A stretch of DNA of 64,000 nt, taken from contig CM082587.2 in assembly GCA_040954595.2 (NCBI GenBank), forward strand, positions 11,351,403-11,415,402, written 5' to 3'. Source of the DNA: Balanoglossus misakiensis. Its lineage: Eukaryota; Animalia; Hemichordata. The notes beneath the pieces were generated by a model that did not search any database, was not told the DNA's origin, and saw nothing but the letters and a program-made list of their open reading frames with translations. Both the position numbers and the translations under genes were made by a program. Positions 1 to 11,826 of this stretch are shown piece by piece; positions within the stretch are counted from its first letter, which is position 1; every line of letters begins with the position of its first letter.

Positions 1-3000
1 AAAATGGTAATTTTGTCTTGGGTGATTCAAGTTATACCGCCTTTTCTGGAATTTGCAGAACTTTTTACAAGAGAACGACACTTCATGCTCCATAATATTT
101 CCGAAAATGAAGAAAAGAGTTTATTTTTTATGATTTTTTAAAAATGTACCATTTTGTCAAAATATGGCCAAAATGGCTATTTTTTCTTGAATTCCGTCAA
201 TATCTCTGCATTTTTGGAGTGGTCGAAAGTTTTAACATACAATCATCATTTCATATATGATCAGGGCACCAAATTCGATGAACAAAGGTTTTTTTATGTT
301 TTTTTTTCTAAAAATGACATTTTCAAGGAAAATTTGGTAAAACGCAATTTTGTCTGCAGTGAGCCAAATTAGACGGTCTTTTGTGGAATTTGTATCGATA
401 TATACATACGAAGAGCATTCTATACTCCATCAGATTTCCGAAAATGTAGAAAACAGGTATTTTTTGTAATTTTCAAAAATTTACCATTTTGACCAAATTG
501 TGGCTAAAATTGTTATTTTCGTGTTGAATGCCGCCAGTGTCACTGCTTTTAAAAGTCATGAAAACTTTTAACATACAAGCAATTGTTTATATATGATCAG
601 GTCACCGAATTAAAAAAATAAAGAATGGTTTGACTAAAAATGACCTTTTTGGTGCAAAAACGAATAAAACGCAATTTTGTATTAAATCAGCTCATTCAGA
701 GTTCATTTTTTATAATCAGCACCATTTTTACATATAATGGAAATTTCATACATCATCAGATATCCAAATATGAAAAAATGATTTAGATTTTAGATGATTG
801 TCCAAAATTAGCTGATATCTAATAAATGTAGTATTGAACCGTTCTGTCCCCCCCCCCCTACATTATATGCGGTACGCCGATGTCAGCTTACCCGGCAGTA
901 CTGTAGGCCGTGCCCCCAACTAACGTCGGTGTTTGAAACGCCCTGGTTAAATTCGGGCTTTCTCTATAAATTGACAGGCAATAATGCAGTCCTACCCGAA
1001 CAAATGTCGAGTGTTGACCCGCTGTGACTTTCCCTCTTCGGTTTGCCCGACTTAGCCAACGTCTTTGTACTAGAGTGTCGGGTCTTTTGCAGAGCCAGGC
1101 CGAAGGAAATCCGACTTGATCACCGTTGCTAACGAACGCTAGTGTCTGTCATGGTGTGCCGGGGTTTTAGTCGAGCCAGGCCGTAGGAGACCTGACTTGA
1201 TCATCGTGGTCAATGTACGCGTGTTTCCGCTCTAAAGTGCCGGGGCTTCAGCTAAACCAAGCCGTAGGAAATCCGACGTAATCACCGTTGATAACTTACG
1301 CCAGTGTGTGTCATATAGAGCCGGTGCACCAGCCGAGTCACGCCATAGGAAATCTGACTTGATCAACGTGGTCAATGTACGCCTGTTTCTGCTCTAGAGT
1401 GCCGGGGCTTCAGCTGATCCAGGCCGTAGGAAACCCGACGTGATTACCGTTGTTAACTTACGCCAGTCTGTGTCCCATATATAGTGCCGGGGCATCAGCC
1501 GTGCCAGGCCGAAGGAAATGTGAGTAGATCAATGTGGTCTCTGTACGCGTGTTTCTGCTCTAGAGTGCCAGGGCTTTAGCCAAGCCATGCCGTAGGAAAT
1601 CTCACTTGATCAACGTTGCTAACGAACGCTAGTGTCTGTCATAGTGTGCCGGGGTTTTAGTCGAGCCAAGCCGTAGGAGATCAGACTTGATCAACGTGGT
1701 CTCTGTACGCGTGTTTCTGCTCTAGATTGCCGGGGCTTTATCCAAGCCATGCCGTAGAAAATCTGACTTGATCACCGTTGCTAACGTACGCTAGTGTCTG
1801 TCATATTGTGACGGAGATTTAGCCGAGCCAGGCCGTAGAAAAATCGACTTGTTCAACGTTACCAGTGTGCAACTGTTTCTGCTCTAGAGTGTCAGGGTTT
1901 TAGCCGACTTATGCTGTAGGAAATCTGAGTTGATGAACGGGAATTCAATGTTAGAAAACCCGTGTGGAAAGTATCTCTACCCGTTTGAAACTAAGAAAAG
2001 AATTTATTCTTATTTATTTTGTAAAAAAGACAATTTTTCGAAAAAAAGTCGAAAATGATAATTTTGTCTTGGGTGATTCAAATTATACCGCCTTTTCTGA
2101 AATTTGCAGCACTTTTTACAAGAGAACGACACTTCATGCTCCATAATATTTCCGAAAATGAAGAAAAGAGTTAATTTTTTATGATTTTTTAAAAATTTAC
2201 CATTTTTGTCAAAATATGGCCAAAATGGCTATTTTTTCTTGAATTCCGTCAATATCTCTGCATTTTTGGAGTGGTCGAAAATTTTAACATACAATCAACA
2301 TGACATATATGATCAGGGCACCAAATTCGAAGAACAAAGGTTTTTTTATTTGCTTTTCTAAAAATGACATTTTCAAGGAAAATTTGGTAAAACGCAATTT
2401 TGTCTGCAGTGAGCCAAATTAGACGGTCTTTTGTGGAATTTGTATCGATATATACATACGAAGAGCATTCTATACTCCATCAGATTTCCGAAAATGTAGA
2501 AAACAGGTATTTTTTGTAATTTTCAAAAATTTACCATTTTGACCAAATTGTGGCTAAAATTGTTATTTTCGTGTTGAATGCCGCCAGTGTCACTGCTTTT
2601 AAAAGTCATGAAAACTTTTAACATACAAGCAATTGTTTATATATAATCAGGTTACCGAATTAAAAAAATAAAGAATGTTTTGCCTAAAAATGACCTTTTT
2701 GGTGCAAAAACGAATAAAACGCAATTTCTTATTAAATCAGCTGATTCAGAGTGCATTTTTTATAATCAGCACCATTTTTACATATAATGGAAATTTCATA
2801 CATCATCAGATATCCAAATATGAAAAAATGATTTAGATTTTAGATGATTGTCCAAAATTAGCTGATATCTAATAAATGTAGTATTGAACCGTTCTGTCCC
2901 CCCCCCTACATTATATGCGGTACGCCGATGTCAGCTTACCCGGCAGTACTGCAGGCCGTGCCCCCAACTAACGTCGGTGTTTGAAACGCCCTGGTTAAAT

Positions 3001-6000
3001 TCGGGCTTTCTCTATAAATTGACAGGCAATAATGCAGTCCTACCCGAACAAATGTCGAGTGTTGACCCGCTGTGACTTTCCCTCTTCGGTTTGCCCGACT
3101 TAGCCAACGTCTTTGTACTAGAGTGTCGGGTCTTTTGCAGAGCCAGGCCGAAGGAAATCCGACTTGATCACCGTTGCTAACGAACGCTAGTGTCTGTCAT
3201 GGTGTGCCGGGGTTTTAGTCGAGCCAGGCCGTAGGAGACCTGACTTGATCATCGTGGTCAATGTACGCGTGTTTCCGCTCTAAAGTGCCGGGGCTTCAGC
3301 TAAACCAAGCCGTAGGAAATCCGACGTAATCACCGTTGATAACTTACGCCAGTGTGTGTCATATAGAGCCGGTGCACCAGCCGAGTCACGCCATAGGAAA
3401 TCTGACTTGATCAACGTGGTCAATGTACGCCTGTTTCTGCTCTAGAGTGCCGGGGCTTCAGCTGATCCAGGCCGTAGGAAACCCGACGTGATTACCGTTG
3501 TTAACTTACGCCAGTCTGTGTCCCATATATAGTGCCGGGGCATCAGCCGTGCCAGGCCGAAGAAAATGTGAGTAGATCAACGTGGTCTCTGTACGCGTGT
3601 TTCTGCTCTAGAGTGCCAGGGCTTTAGCCAAGCCATGCCGTAGGAAATCTCACTTGATCAACGTTGCTAACGAACGCTAGTGTCTGTCATAGTGTGCCGG
3701 GGTTTTAGTCGAGCCAAGCCGTAGGAGATCAGACTTGATCAACGTGGTCTCTGTACGCGTGTTTCTGCTCTAGAGTGCCGGGGCTTTATCCAAGCCATGC
3801 CGTAGAAAATCTGACTTGATCACCGTTGCTAACGTACGGTAGTGTCTGTCATATTGTGACGGAGATTTAGCCGAGCCAGGCCGTAGAAAAATCGACTTGT
3901 TCAACGTTACCAGTGTGCAACTGTTTCTGCTCTAGAGTGTCAGGGTTTTAGCCGACTTATGCTGTAGGAAATCTGAGTTGATGAACGGGAATTCAATGTT
4001 AGAAAACCCGTGTGGAAAGTATCTCTACCCGTTTGAAACTAAGAAAAGAATTTATTCTTATTTATTTTGTAAAAAAGACAATTTTTCGAAAATAAGTCGA
4101 AAATGGTAATTTTGTCTTGGGTGATTCAAATTATACCGCCTTTTCTGGAGTTTGCAGCACTTTTTACAAGAGAACGACACTTCATGCTCCATAATATTTC
4201 CGAAAATGAAGAAAAGAGTTAATTTTTTATGATTTTTTAAAAATTTACCATTTTTGTCAAAATATGGCCAAAATGGCTATTTTTTCTTGAATTCCGTCAA
4301 TATCTCTGCATTTTTGGAGTGGTCGACAGTTTTAACATATAATCAACATGTCATATATGATCAGGGCACCAAATTCGAAGAACAAAGGTTTTTTTATTTT
4401 TTTCTTCTAAAAATGACATTTTCAAGGAAAATTTGGTAAAACGCAATTCTGTCTGCCGTGAGCCAAATTGGCCGTTTTTGTGGAATTTGTATCGATATAT
4501 ATATACGAAGAGCATTCTATACTCCATCAGATTTTCGAAAATGTAGAAAACAGGTATTTTTGTAATTTTCAAAAATTTACCATTTTGACCAAATTGTGGC
4601 TAAAATTTTTATTTTCGTGTTGAATGCCGCCAGTGTCACTGCTTTTAAAAGTCATAAAAACTTTTAACATTCAAGCAATTGTTTATATATGATCAGGTCA
4701 CCGAATTAAAAAAATAAAGAATGTTTTGACTAAAAATGACCTTTTTGGTGCAAAAACGAATAAAACGCAATTTTGTATTAAATCAGCTCATTCAGAGTTC
4801 ATTTTTTATAATCAGCACCATTTTTACATATAATGGAAATTTCATACATCATCAGATATCCAAATATGAAAAAATGATTTAGATTTTAGATGATTGTCCA
4901 AAATTAGCTGATATCTAATAAATGTAGTATTGAACCGTTCTGTCCCCCCCCCCCTACATTATATGCGGTACGCCGATGTCAGCTTACCCGGCAGTACTGC
5001 AGGCCGTGCCCCCAACTAACGTCGGTGTTTGAAACGCCCTGGTTAAATTCGGGCTTTCTCTATAAATTGACAGGCAATAATGCAGTCCTACCCGAACAAA
5101 TGTCAAGTGTTGAACCGCTGTGACTTTCCCTCTTCGGTTTGCCCGACTTAGCCAACGTCTTTGTACTAGAGTGTCGGGTCTTTTGCAGAGCCAGGCCGAA
5201 GGAAATCCGACTTGATCACCGTTGCTAACGAACGCTAGTGTCTGTCATGGTGTGCCGGGGTTTTAGTCGAGCCAGGCCGTAGGAGATCTGACTTGATCAT
5301 CGTGGTCAATGTACGCGTGTTTCCGCTCTAAAGTGCCGGGGCTTCAGCTAAACCCGGCCGTAGGAAATCCGACGTAATCACCGTTGATAACTTATGCCAG
5401 TCTGTGTCATATAGAGCCGGTGCACCAGCGGAGTCACGCCAAAGGAAATCTTACTTGATCAACGTGGTCAATGTACGCCTGTTTCTGCTCTAGAGTGCCG
5501 GGGCTTCAGCTGAGCCAGGCCGTAGGAAACCCGACGTGATTACCGTTGTTAACTTACGCCAGTCTGTGTCCTATATATAGCGCCGGGGCATCAGCCGTGC
5601 CAGGCCGAAGGAAATGTGAGTAGATCAACGTGGTCTCTGTACGCGTGTTTCTGCTCTAGAGTGCCAGGGCTTTAGCCAAGCCATGCTGTAGGAAATCTGA
5701 CTTGATCAACGTTGCTAACGAACGCTAGTGTCTGTCATAGTGTGCCTGGGTTTTAGTCGAGCCAAGCCGTAGGAGATCAGACTTGATCAACGTGGTCTCT
5801 GTACGCGTGTTTCTGCTCTAGAGTGCCGGGGCTTTATCCAAGCCATGACGTAGAAATTCTGACTTGATCACCGTTGCTAACGTACGCTAGTGTCTGTCAT
5901 ATTGTGACGGAGATTTAGCCGAGCCAGGCCGTAGAAAAATCGACTTGTTCAACGTTACCAGTGTGCAACTGTTTCTGCTCTAGAGTATCAGGGTTTTAGC

Positions 6001-9000
6001 CGACTTATTCTGTAGGAAATCTGAGTTGATGAATGGGAATTCAATGTTAGAAAACCCGTGTGGAAAGTATCTCTACCCGTTTGAAACTAAGAAAAGAATT
6101 TATTCTTATTTATTTTGTAAAAAAGACAATTTTTCGAAAAAAAGTCGAAAATGGTAATTTTGTCTTGGGTGATTCAAATTATACCGCCTTTTCTGGAATT
6201 TGCAGCACTTTTTACATGAGAACGACACTTCATGCTCCATAATATTTCCGAAAATGAAGAAAAGAGTTAATTTTTTATGATTTTTTAAAAATTTACCATT
6301 TTTGTCAAAATATGGCCAAAATGGCAATTTTTTCTTGAATTCCGTCAATATCTCTGCATTTTTGGAGTGGTCGAAAGTTTTAACATATAATCAACATGTC
6401 ATATATGATCAGGGCACCAAATTCGAAGAACAAAGGTTTTTTTATTTTTTTTTCTAAAAATGACATTTTCAAGGAAAATTTGGTAAAACGCAATTTTGTC
6501 TGCAGTGAGCCAAATTGGCCGTTTTTTGTGGAATTTGTATCGATATATACACACGAAGAGGATTCTATACTCCATCAGATTTCCGAAAATGTAGAAAACA
6601 GGTATTTTTTGTAATTTTCAAAAATTTACCATTTTGACCAAATTGTGGCTAAAATTGTTATTTTCGTGTTGAATGCTGCCAGTGTCACGGCTTTTAAAAG
6701 TCATAAAAACTTTTAACATACAAGCAATTGTTTATATATGATCAGGTCACCGAATTAAAAAAATAAAGAATGTTTTGCCTAAAAATGACCTTTTTGGTGC
6801 AAAAATGAATAAAACGCAATTTTGTATTAAATCAGCTCATTCATAGTGCATTTTTTATAATCAGCACAATTTTTACATATAATAGAAATTTCATACATCA
6901 TCAGATATCCAAATATGAAAAAATGATTTAGATTTTAGATGATTGTCCAAAATTAGCTGATATCTAATAAATGTAGTATTGAACCGTTCTGTTCCCCCCC
7001 CCCCTTCATTATATGCGGTACGCCGATGTCAGCTTACCCGGCAGTACTGCAGGCCGTGCCCCCAACTAACGTCCTTTTAAAATAATGCAGTCCTACCCGA
7101 ACAAATGTCGAGTGTTGACCCGCTGTGACTTTCCCTCTTCGGTTTGCCCGACTTAGCCAACGTCTTTGTACAAGAGTGTCGGGTCTTTTGCAGAGCCAGG
7201 CCGAAGGAAATCCGACTTGATCACCGTTGCTAACGAACGCTAGTGTCTGTCATGGTGTGCCGGGGTTTTAGTCGAGCCAGGCCGTAGGAGATCTGACTTG
7301 ATCATCGTGGTCAATGTACGCGTGTTTCCGCTCTAAAGTGCCGGGGCTTCAGCTAAACCAGGCCGTAGGAAATCCGACGTAATCACCGTTGATAACTTAC
7401 GCCAGTCTGTGTCATATAGAGCCGGTGCACCAGCCGAGTCACGCCGTAGGAAATCTGACTTGATCAACGTGGTCAATGTACGCCTGTTTCTGCTCTAGAG
7501 TGCCGGGGCTTCAGCTGAGCCAGGCCGTAGGAAACCCGACGTGATTACCGTTGTTAACTCACGCCAGTCTGTGTCCTATATATAGTGCCGGGGCATCAGC
7601 CGTGCTAGGCCGAAGGAAATGTGAGTAGATCAACGTGGTCTCTGTACGCGTGTTTCTGCTCTAGAGTGCCAGGGCTTTAGCCAAGCCATGCCGTAGGAAA
7701 TCTCACTTGATCAACGTTGCTAACGAACGCTAGTGTCTGTCATAGTGTGCCTGGGTTTTAGTCGAGCCAAGCCGTAGGAGATCAGACTTGATCAACGTGG
7801 TCTCTGTACGCGTGTTTCTGCTCTAGAGTGCCGGGGCTTTATCCAAGCCATGCCGTAGAAAATCTGACTTGATCACCGTTGCTAACGTACGCTAGTGTCT
7901 GTCATATTGTGACGAAGATTTAGCCGAGCCAGGCCGTAGAAAAATCGACTTGTTCAACGTTACCAGTGTGCAACTGTTTCTGCTCTAGAGTGTCAGGGTT
8001 TTAGCCGACTTATGCTGTAGGAAATCTGAGTTGATGAATGGGAATTCAATGTTAGAAAACCCGTGTGGAAAGTATCTCTACCCGTTTGAAACTAAGAAAA
8101 GAATTTATTCTTATTTATTTTGTAAAAAAGACAATTTTTCGAAAAAAGTCGAAAATGGTAATTTTGTCTTGGGTGATTCAAATTGTACCGCCTTTTCTGG
8201 AATTTGCAGCACTTTTTACAAGAGAATGACACTTCATGCTCCATAATATTTCCGAAAATGAAGAAAAGAGTTAATTTTTTATGTGTTTTTAAAAATTTAC
8301 CATTTTTGTCAAAATATGGCCAAAATGGCTATTTTTTCTTGAATTCCGTCAATATCTCTGCATTTTTGGAGTGGTCGAAAGTCTTAACATACAATCAACA
8401 TGTCATATATGATCAGGGCACCAAATTCGAAGAACAAAGGTTTTTTTTTTTTTTTTCTAAAAATGACATTTTCAAGGAAAATTTGGTAAAACGCAATTTT
8501 GTCTGCAGTGAGCCAAATTAGGCGGTCTTTTGTGGAATTTGTATCGATATATACATACGAAGAGCATTCTATACTCCATCAGATTTCCGAAAATGTAGAA
8601 AACAGGTATTTTTTGTAATTTTCAAAAAATTACCATTTTGACCAAATTGTGGCTAAAATTGTTATTTTCGTGTTGAATGCTGCCAGTGTCACGGCTTTTA
8701 AAAGTCATAAAAAATGTTAACATACAAGCAATTGTTTATATATGATCAGGTCACCGAATTAAAAAAATAAAGAATGTTTTGCCTAAAAATGACCTTTTTG
8801 GTGCAAAAATGAATAAAACGCAATTTTGTATTAAATCAGCTCATTCATAGTGCATTTTTTATAATCAGCACAATTTTTACATATAATAGAAATTTCATAC
8901 ATCATCAGATATCCAAATATGAAAAAATGATTTAGATTTTAGATGATTGTCCAAAATTAGCTGATATCTAATAAATGTAGTATTGAACCGTTCTGTTCCC

Positions 9001-9560
9001 CCCCCCCCTTCATTATATGCGGTACGCCGATGTCAGCTTACCCGGCAGTACTGCAGGCCGTGCCCCCAACTAACGTCGTTTTAAAATAATGCAGTCCTAC
9101 CCGAACAAATGTCGAGTGTTGACCCGCTGTGACTTTCCCTCTTCGGTTTGCCCGACTTAGCCAACGTCTTTGTACTAGAGTGTCGGGTCTTTTGCAGAGC
9201 CAGGCCGAAGGAAATCCGACTTGATCACCGTTGCTAACGAACGCTAGTGTCTGTCATGGTGTGCCGGGGTTTTAGTCGAGCCAGGCCGTAGGAGATCTGA
9301 CTTGATCATCGTGGTCAATGTACGCGTGTTTCCGCTCTAAAGTGCCGGGGCTTCAGCTGAGCCAGGCCGTAGGAAACCCGACGTGATTACCGTTGTTAAC
9401 TTACGCCAGTCTGTGTCCTATATATAGTGCCGGGGCATCAGCCGTGCCAGGCCGAAGGAAATGTGAGTAGATCAACGTGGTCTCTGTACGCGTGTTTCTG
9501 CTCTAGAGTGCCAGGGCTTTAGCCAAGCCATGCCGTAGGAAATCTGACTTGATCAACGTT
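1..9560. repeat. ~2.05-kb macrosatellite array, block 1 (about 4.7 units)
   Basis: The marker AAAATG(G/A)TAATTTTGTCTTGGG recurs near 1, 2052, 4101, 6148 and 8152. Units are near-identical; each has an AT-rich half, a poly-C tract and an 81-bp subrepeat half. Confidence 0.98.
1040..1935. repeat. 81-bp subrepeat region within the macrosatellite unit (about 11 copies, alternating A/B types giving a 162-bp dimer); one example shown
   Basis: CCG(T/A)AGGA..TCTGACTTGATC recurs near 1100, 1181, 1262, 1343, 1424, 1509, 1590, 1671, 1752, 1833 and 1914. Copies alternate between ...GTTGCTAACGAACGCTAG... and ...GTGGTC..TGTACGCGTGTTTC... Confidence 0.92.
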
Positions 9561-9593
9561 AACACGATTGGAAATATTTTGGGATAATTGGAT
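9561..9593 (+). repeat. Left TIR of the giant transposon
   Basis: AACACGATTGGAAATATTTTGGGATAATTGGAT is the reverse complement of 33903-33935 except at one position. Confidence 0.96.
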
Positions 9594-9851
9594 ATAGGCA
9601 AAATGCACATAAAATCTTTGTATTTGACTGAAGCTGCAGTACTTTGTTGGTAGCTCTTGTTTTTTGAATGAAAATTTTGTGAATTGCAACATTTATAACA
9701 AACAGACATTACAGAATATGATAAAATGAAGAAATTAACAGCAGTTACATTTACAAAAAGACAGTTCATGCTTTTTTGCTCACATTTGTCCAATTATGCA
9801 AAAAATTGTGTATTTTAAAAATACACACAGAAATATGCAACATAATAGCTT

Positions 9852-11826
9852 GATAGAGGGTCACGATGGAAGTGGCCTTCAATGCTACTGGATAGAGGGT
9901 CACGATGGAAGTGGCCTTCAATGCTACTGGATAGAGGGTCACGATGGAAGTGGCCTTCAATGCTACTGGATAGAGGGTCACGATGGAAGTGGCCTTCAAT
10001 GCTACTGGATAGAGGGTCACGATGGAAGTGGCCTTCAATGCTACTGGATAGAGGGTCACGATGGAAGTGGCCCTCAATGCTACTGGATAGAGGGTCACGA
10101 TGGAAGTGGCCCTCAATGCTACTGGATAGAGGGTCACGATGGAAGTGGCCTTCAATGCTACTGGATAGAGATAGAGGGTCACATTGGAAGTGGCCCTCAA
10201 CGCTACTGGATAGAGGGTCACGATGGAAGTGGCCCTCAATGCTACTGGATAGAGGGTCACGATGGAAGTGGCCTTCAATGCTACTGGATAGAGATAGAGG
10301 GTCACAATGGAAGTGGCCCTCAATGCTACTGGATAGAGGGTCACGATGGAAGTGGCCCTCAATGCTACTGGATAGAGGGTCACGATGGAAGTGGCCCTCA
10401 ATGCTACTGGATAGAGGGTCACGATGGAAGTGGCCTTCAATGCTACTGGATAGAGATAGAGGGTCACGATGGAAGTGGCCCTCAATGCTACTGGATAGAG
10501 GGTCACGATGGAAGTGGCCCTCAATGCTACTGGATAGAGGGTCACGATGGAAGTGGCCTTCAATGCTACTGGATAGAGATAGAGGGTCACAATGGAAGTG
10601 GCCCTCAATGCTACTGGATAGAGGGTCACGATGGAAGTGGCCTTCAATGCTACTGGATAGAGGGTCACGATGGAAGTGGCCCTCAATGCTACTGGATAGA
10701 GGGTCACGATGGAAGTGGCCTTCAATGCTACTGGATAGAGATAGAGGGTCACAATGGAAGTGGCCCTCAATGCTACTGGATAGAGGGTCACGATGGAAGT
10801 GGCCCTCAATGCTACTGGATAGAGGGTCACGATGGAAGTGGCCTTCAATGCTACTGGATAGAGGGTCACGATGGAAGTGGCCCTCAATGCTACTGGATAG
10901 AGGGTCACGATGGAAGTGGCCTTCAATGCTACTGGATAGAGATAGAGGGTCACGATGGAAGTGGCCCTCAATGCTACTGGATAGAGGGTCACGATGGAAG
11001 TGGCCTTCAAAGCTACTGGATAGAGATAGAGGGTCACGATGGAAGTGGCCCTCAATGCTACTGGATAGAGGGTCACGATGGAAGTGGCCCTCAATGCTAC
11101 TGGATAGAGGGTCACGATGGAAGTGGCCTTCAATGCTACTGGATAGAGATAGAGGGTCACAATGGAAGTGGCCCTCAATGCTACTGGATAGAGGGTCACG
11201 ATGGAAGTGGCCCTCAATGCTACTGGATAGAGGGTCACGATGGAAGTGGCCTTCAATGCTACTGGATAGAGATAGAGGGTCACAATGGAAGTGGCCCTCA
11301 ATGCTACTGGATAGAGGGTCACGATGGAAGTGGCCCTCAATGCTACTGGATAGAGGGTCACGATGGAAGTGGCCTTCAATGCTACTGGATAGAGGGTCAC
11401 GATGGAAGTGGCCCTCAATGCTACTGGATAGAGGGTCACGATGGAAGTGGCCCTCAATGCTACTGGATAGAGGGTCACGATGGAAGTGGCCTTCAATGCT
11501 ACTGGATAGAGGGTCACGATGGAAGTGGCCCTCAATGCTACTGGATAGAGGGTCACGATGGAAGTGGCCTTCAATGCTACTGGATAGAGGGTCACGATGG
11601 AAGTGGCCCCAAATGCTACTGGATAGAGGGTCACGATGGAAGTGGCCCTCAATGCTACTGGATAGAGGGTCACGATGGAAGTGGCCTTCAATGCTACTGG
11701 ATAGAGATAGAGGGTCACAATGGAAGTGGCCCTCAATGCTACTGGATAGAGGGTCACGATGGAAGTGGCCCTCAATGCTACTGGATAGAGGGTCACGATG
11801 GAAGTGGCCTTCAATGCTACTGGATA
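9852..11826. repeat. 39-bp minisatellite (roughly 49 copies; some units 45 bp from an extra GATAGA) just inside the left TIR
   Basis: Unit GATAGAGGGTCACGATGGAAGTGGCC(C/T)TCAATGCTACTG. The unit length is divisible by 3, which explains the four long repetitive ORFs in the track. Confidence 0.98.

Noticed and set aside
840-1100. Possible RNA gene (5S, tRNA, snRNA, SL) in the tandem unit
   Set aside because: No recognisable conserved sequence, cloverleaf or Sm site by eye; an Infernal/Rfam scan would be needed to exclude it fully.
930-1965. hAT-like terminus GTTTGAAACGCCCTG and the similar GTTAGAAAACCCGTG in each unit
   Set aside because: Both lie in the same orientation; no inverted partner or TSD was found.
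154-8521. Recurrent short ORFs (MSKYGQNG.., MESISTRL..) in the macrosatellite
   Set aside because: Non-ATG starts, and frameshifts and stops vary between units; no domain similarity is recognisable.
9559-9562. TTAA at the left junction suggesting a piggyBac/Kolobok target
   Set aside because: No TTAA at the right junction; the CGTT duplication explains both ends and the empty site.
9852-11826. CRISPR-like array of palindromic repeats
   Set aside because: No unique spacers, no cas genes, and the context is eukaryotic.
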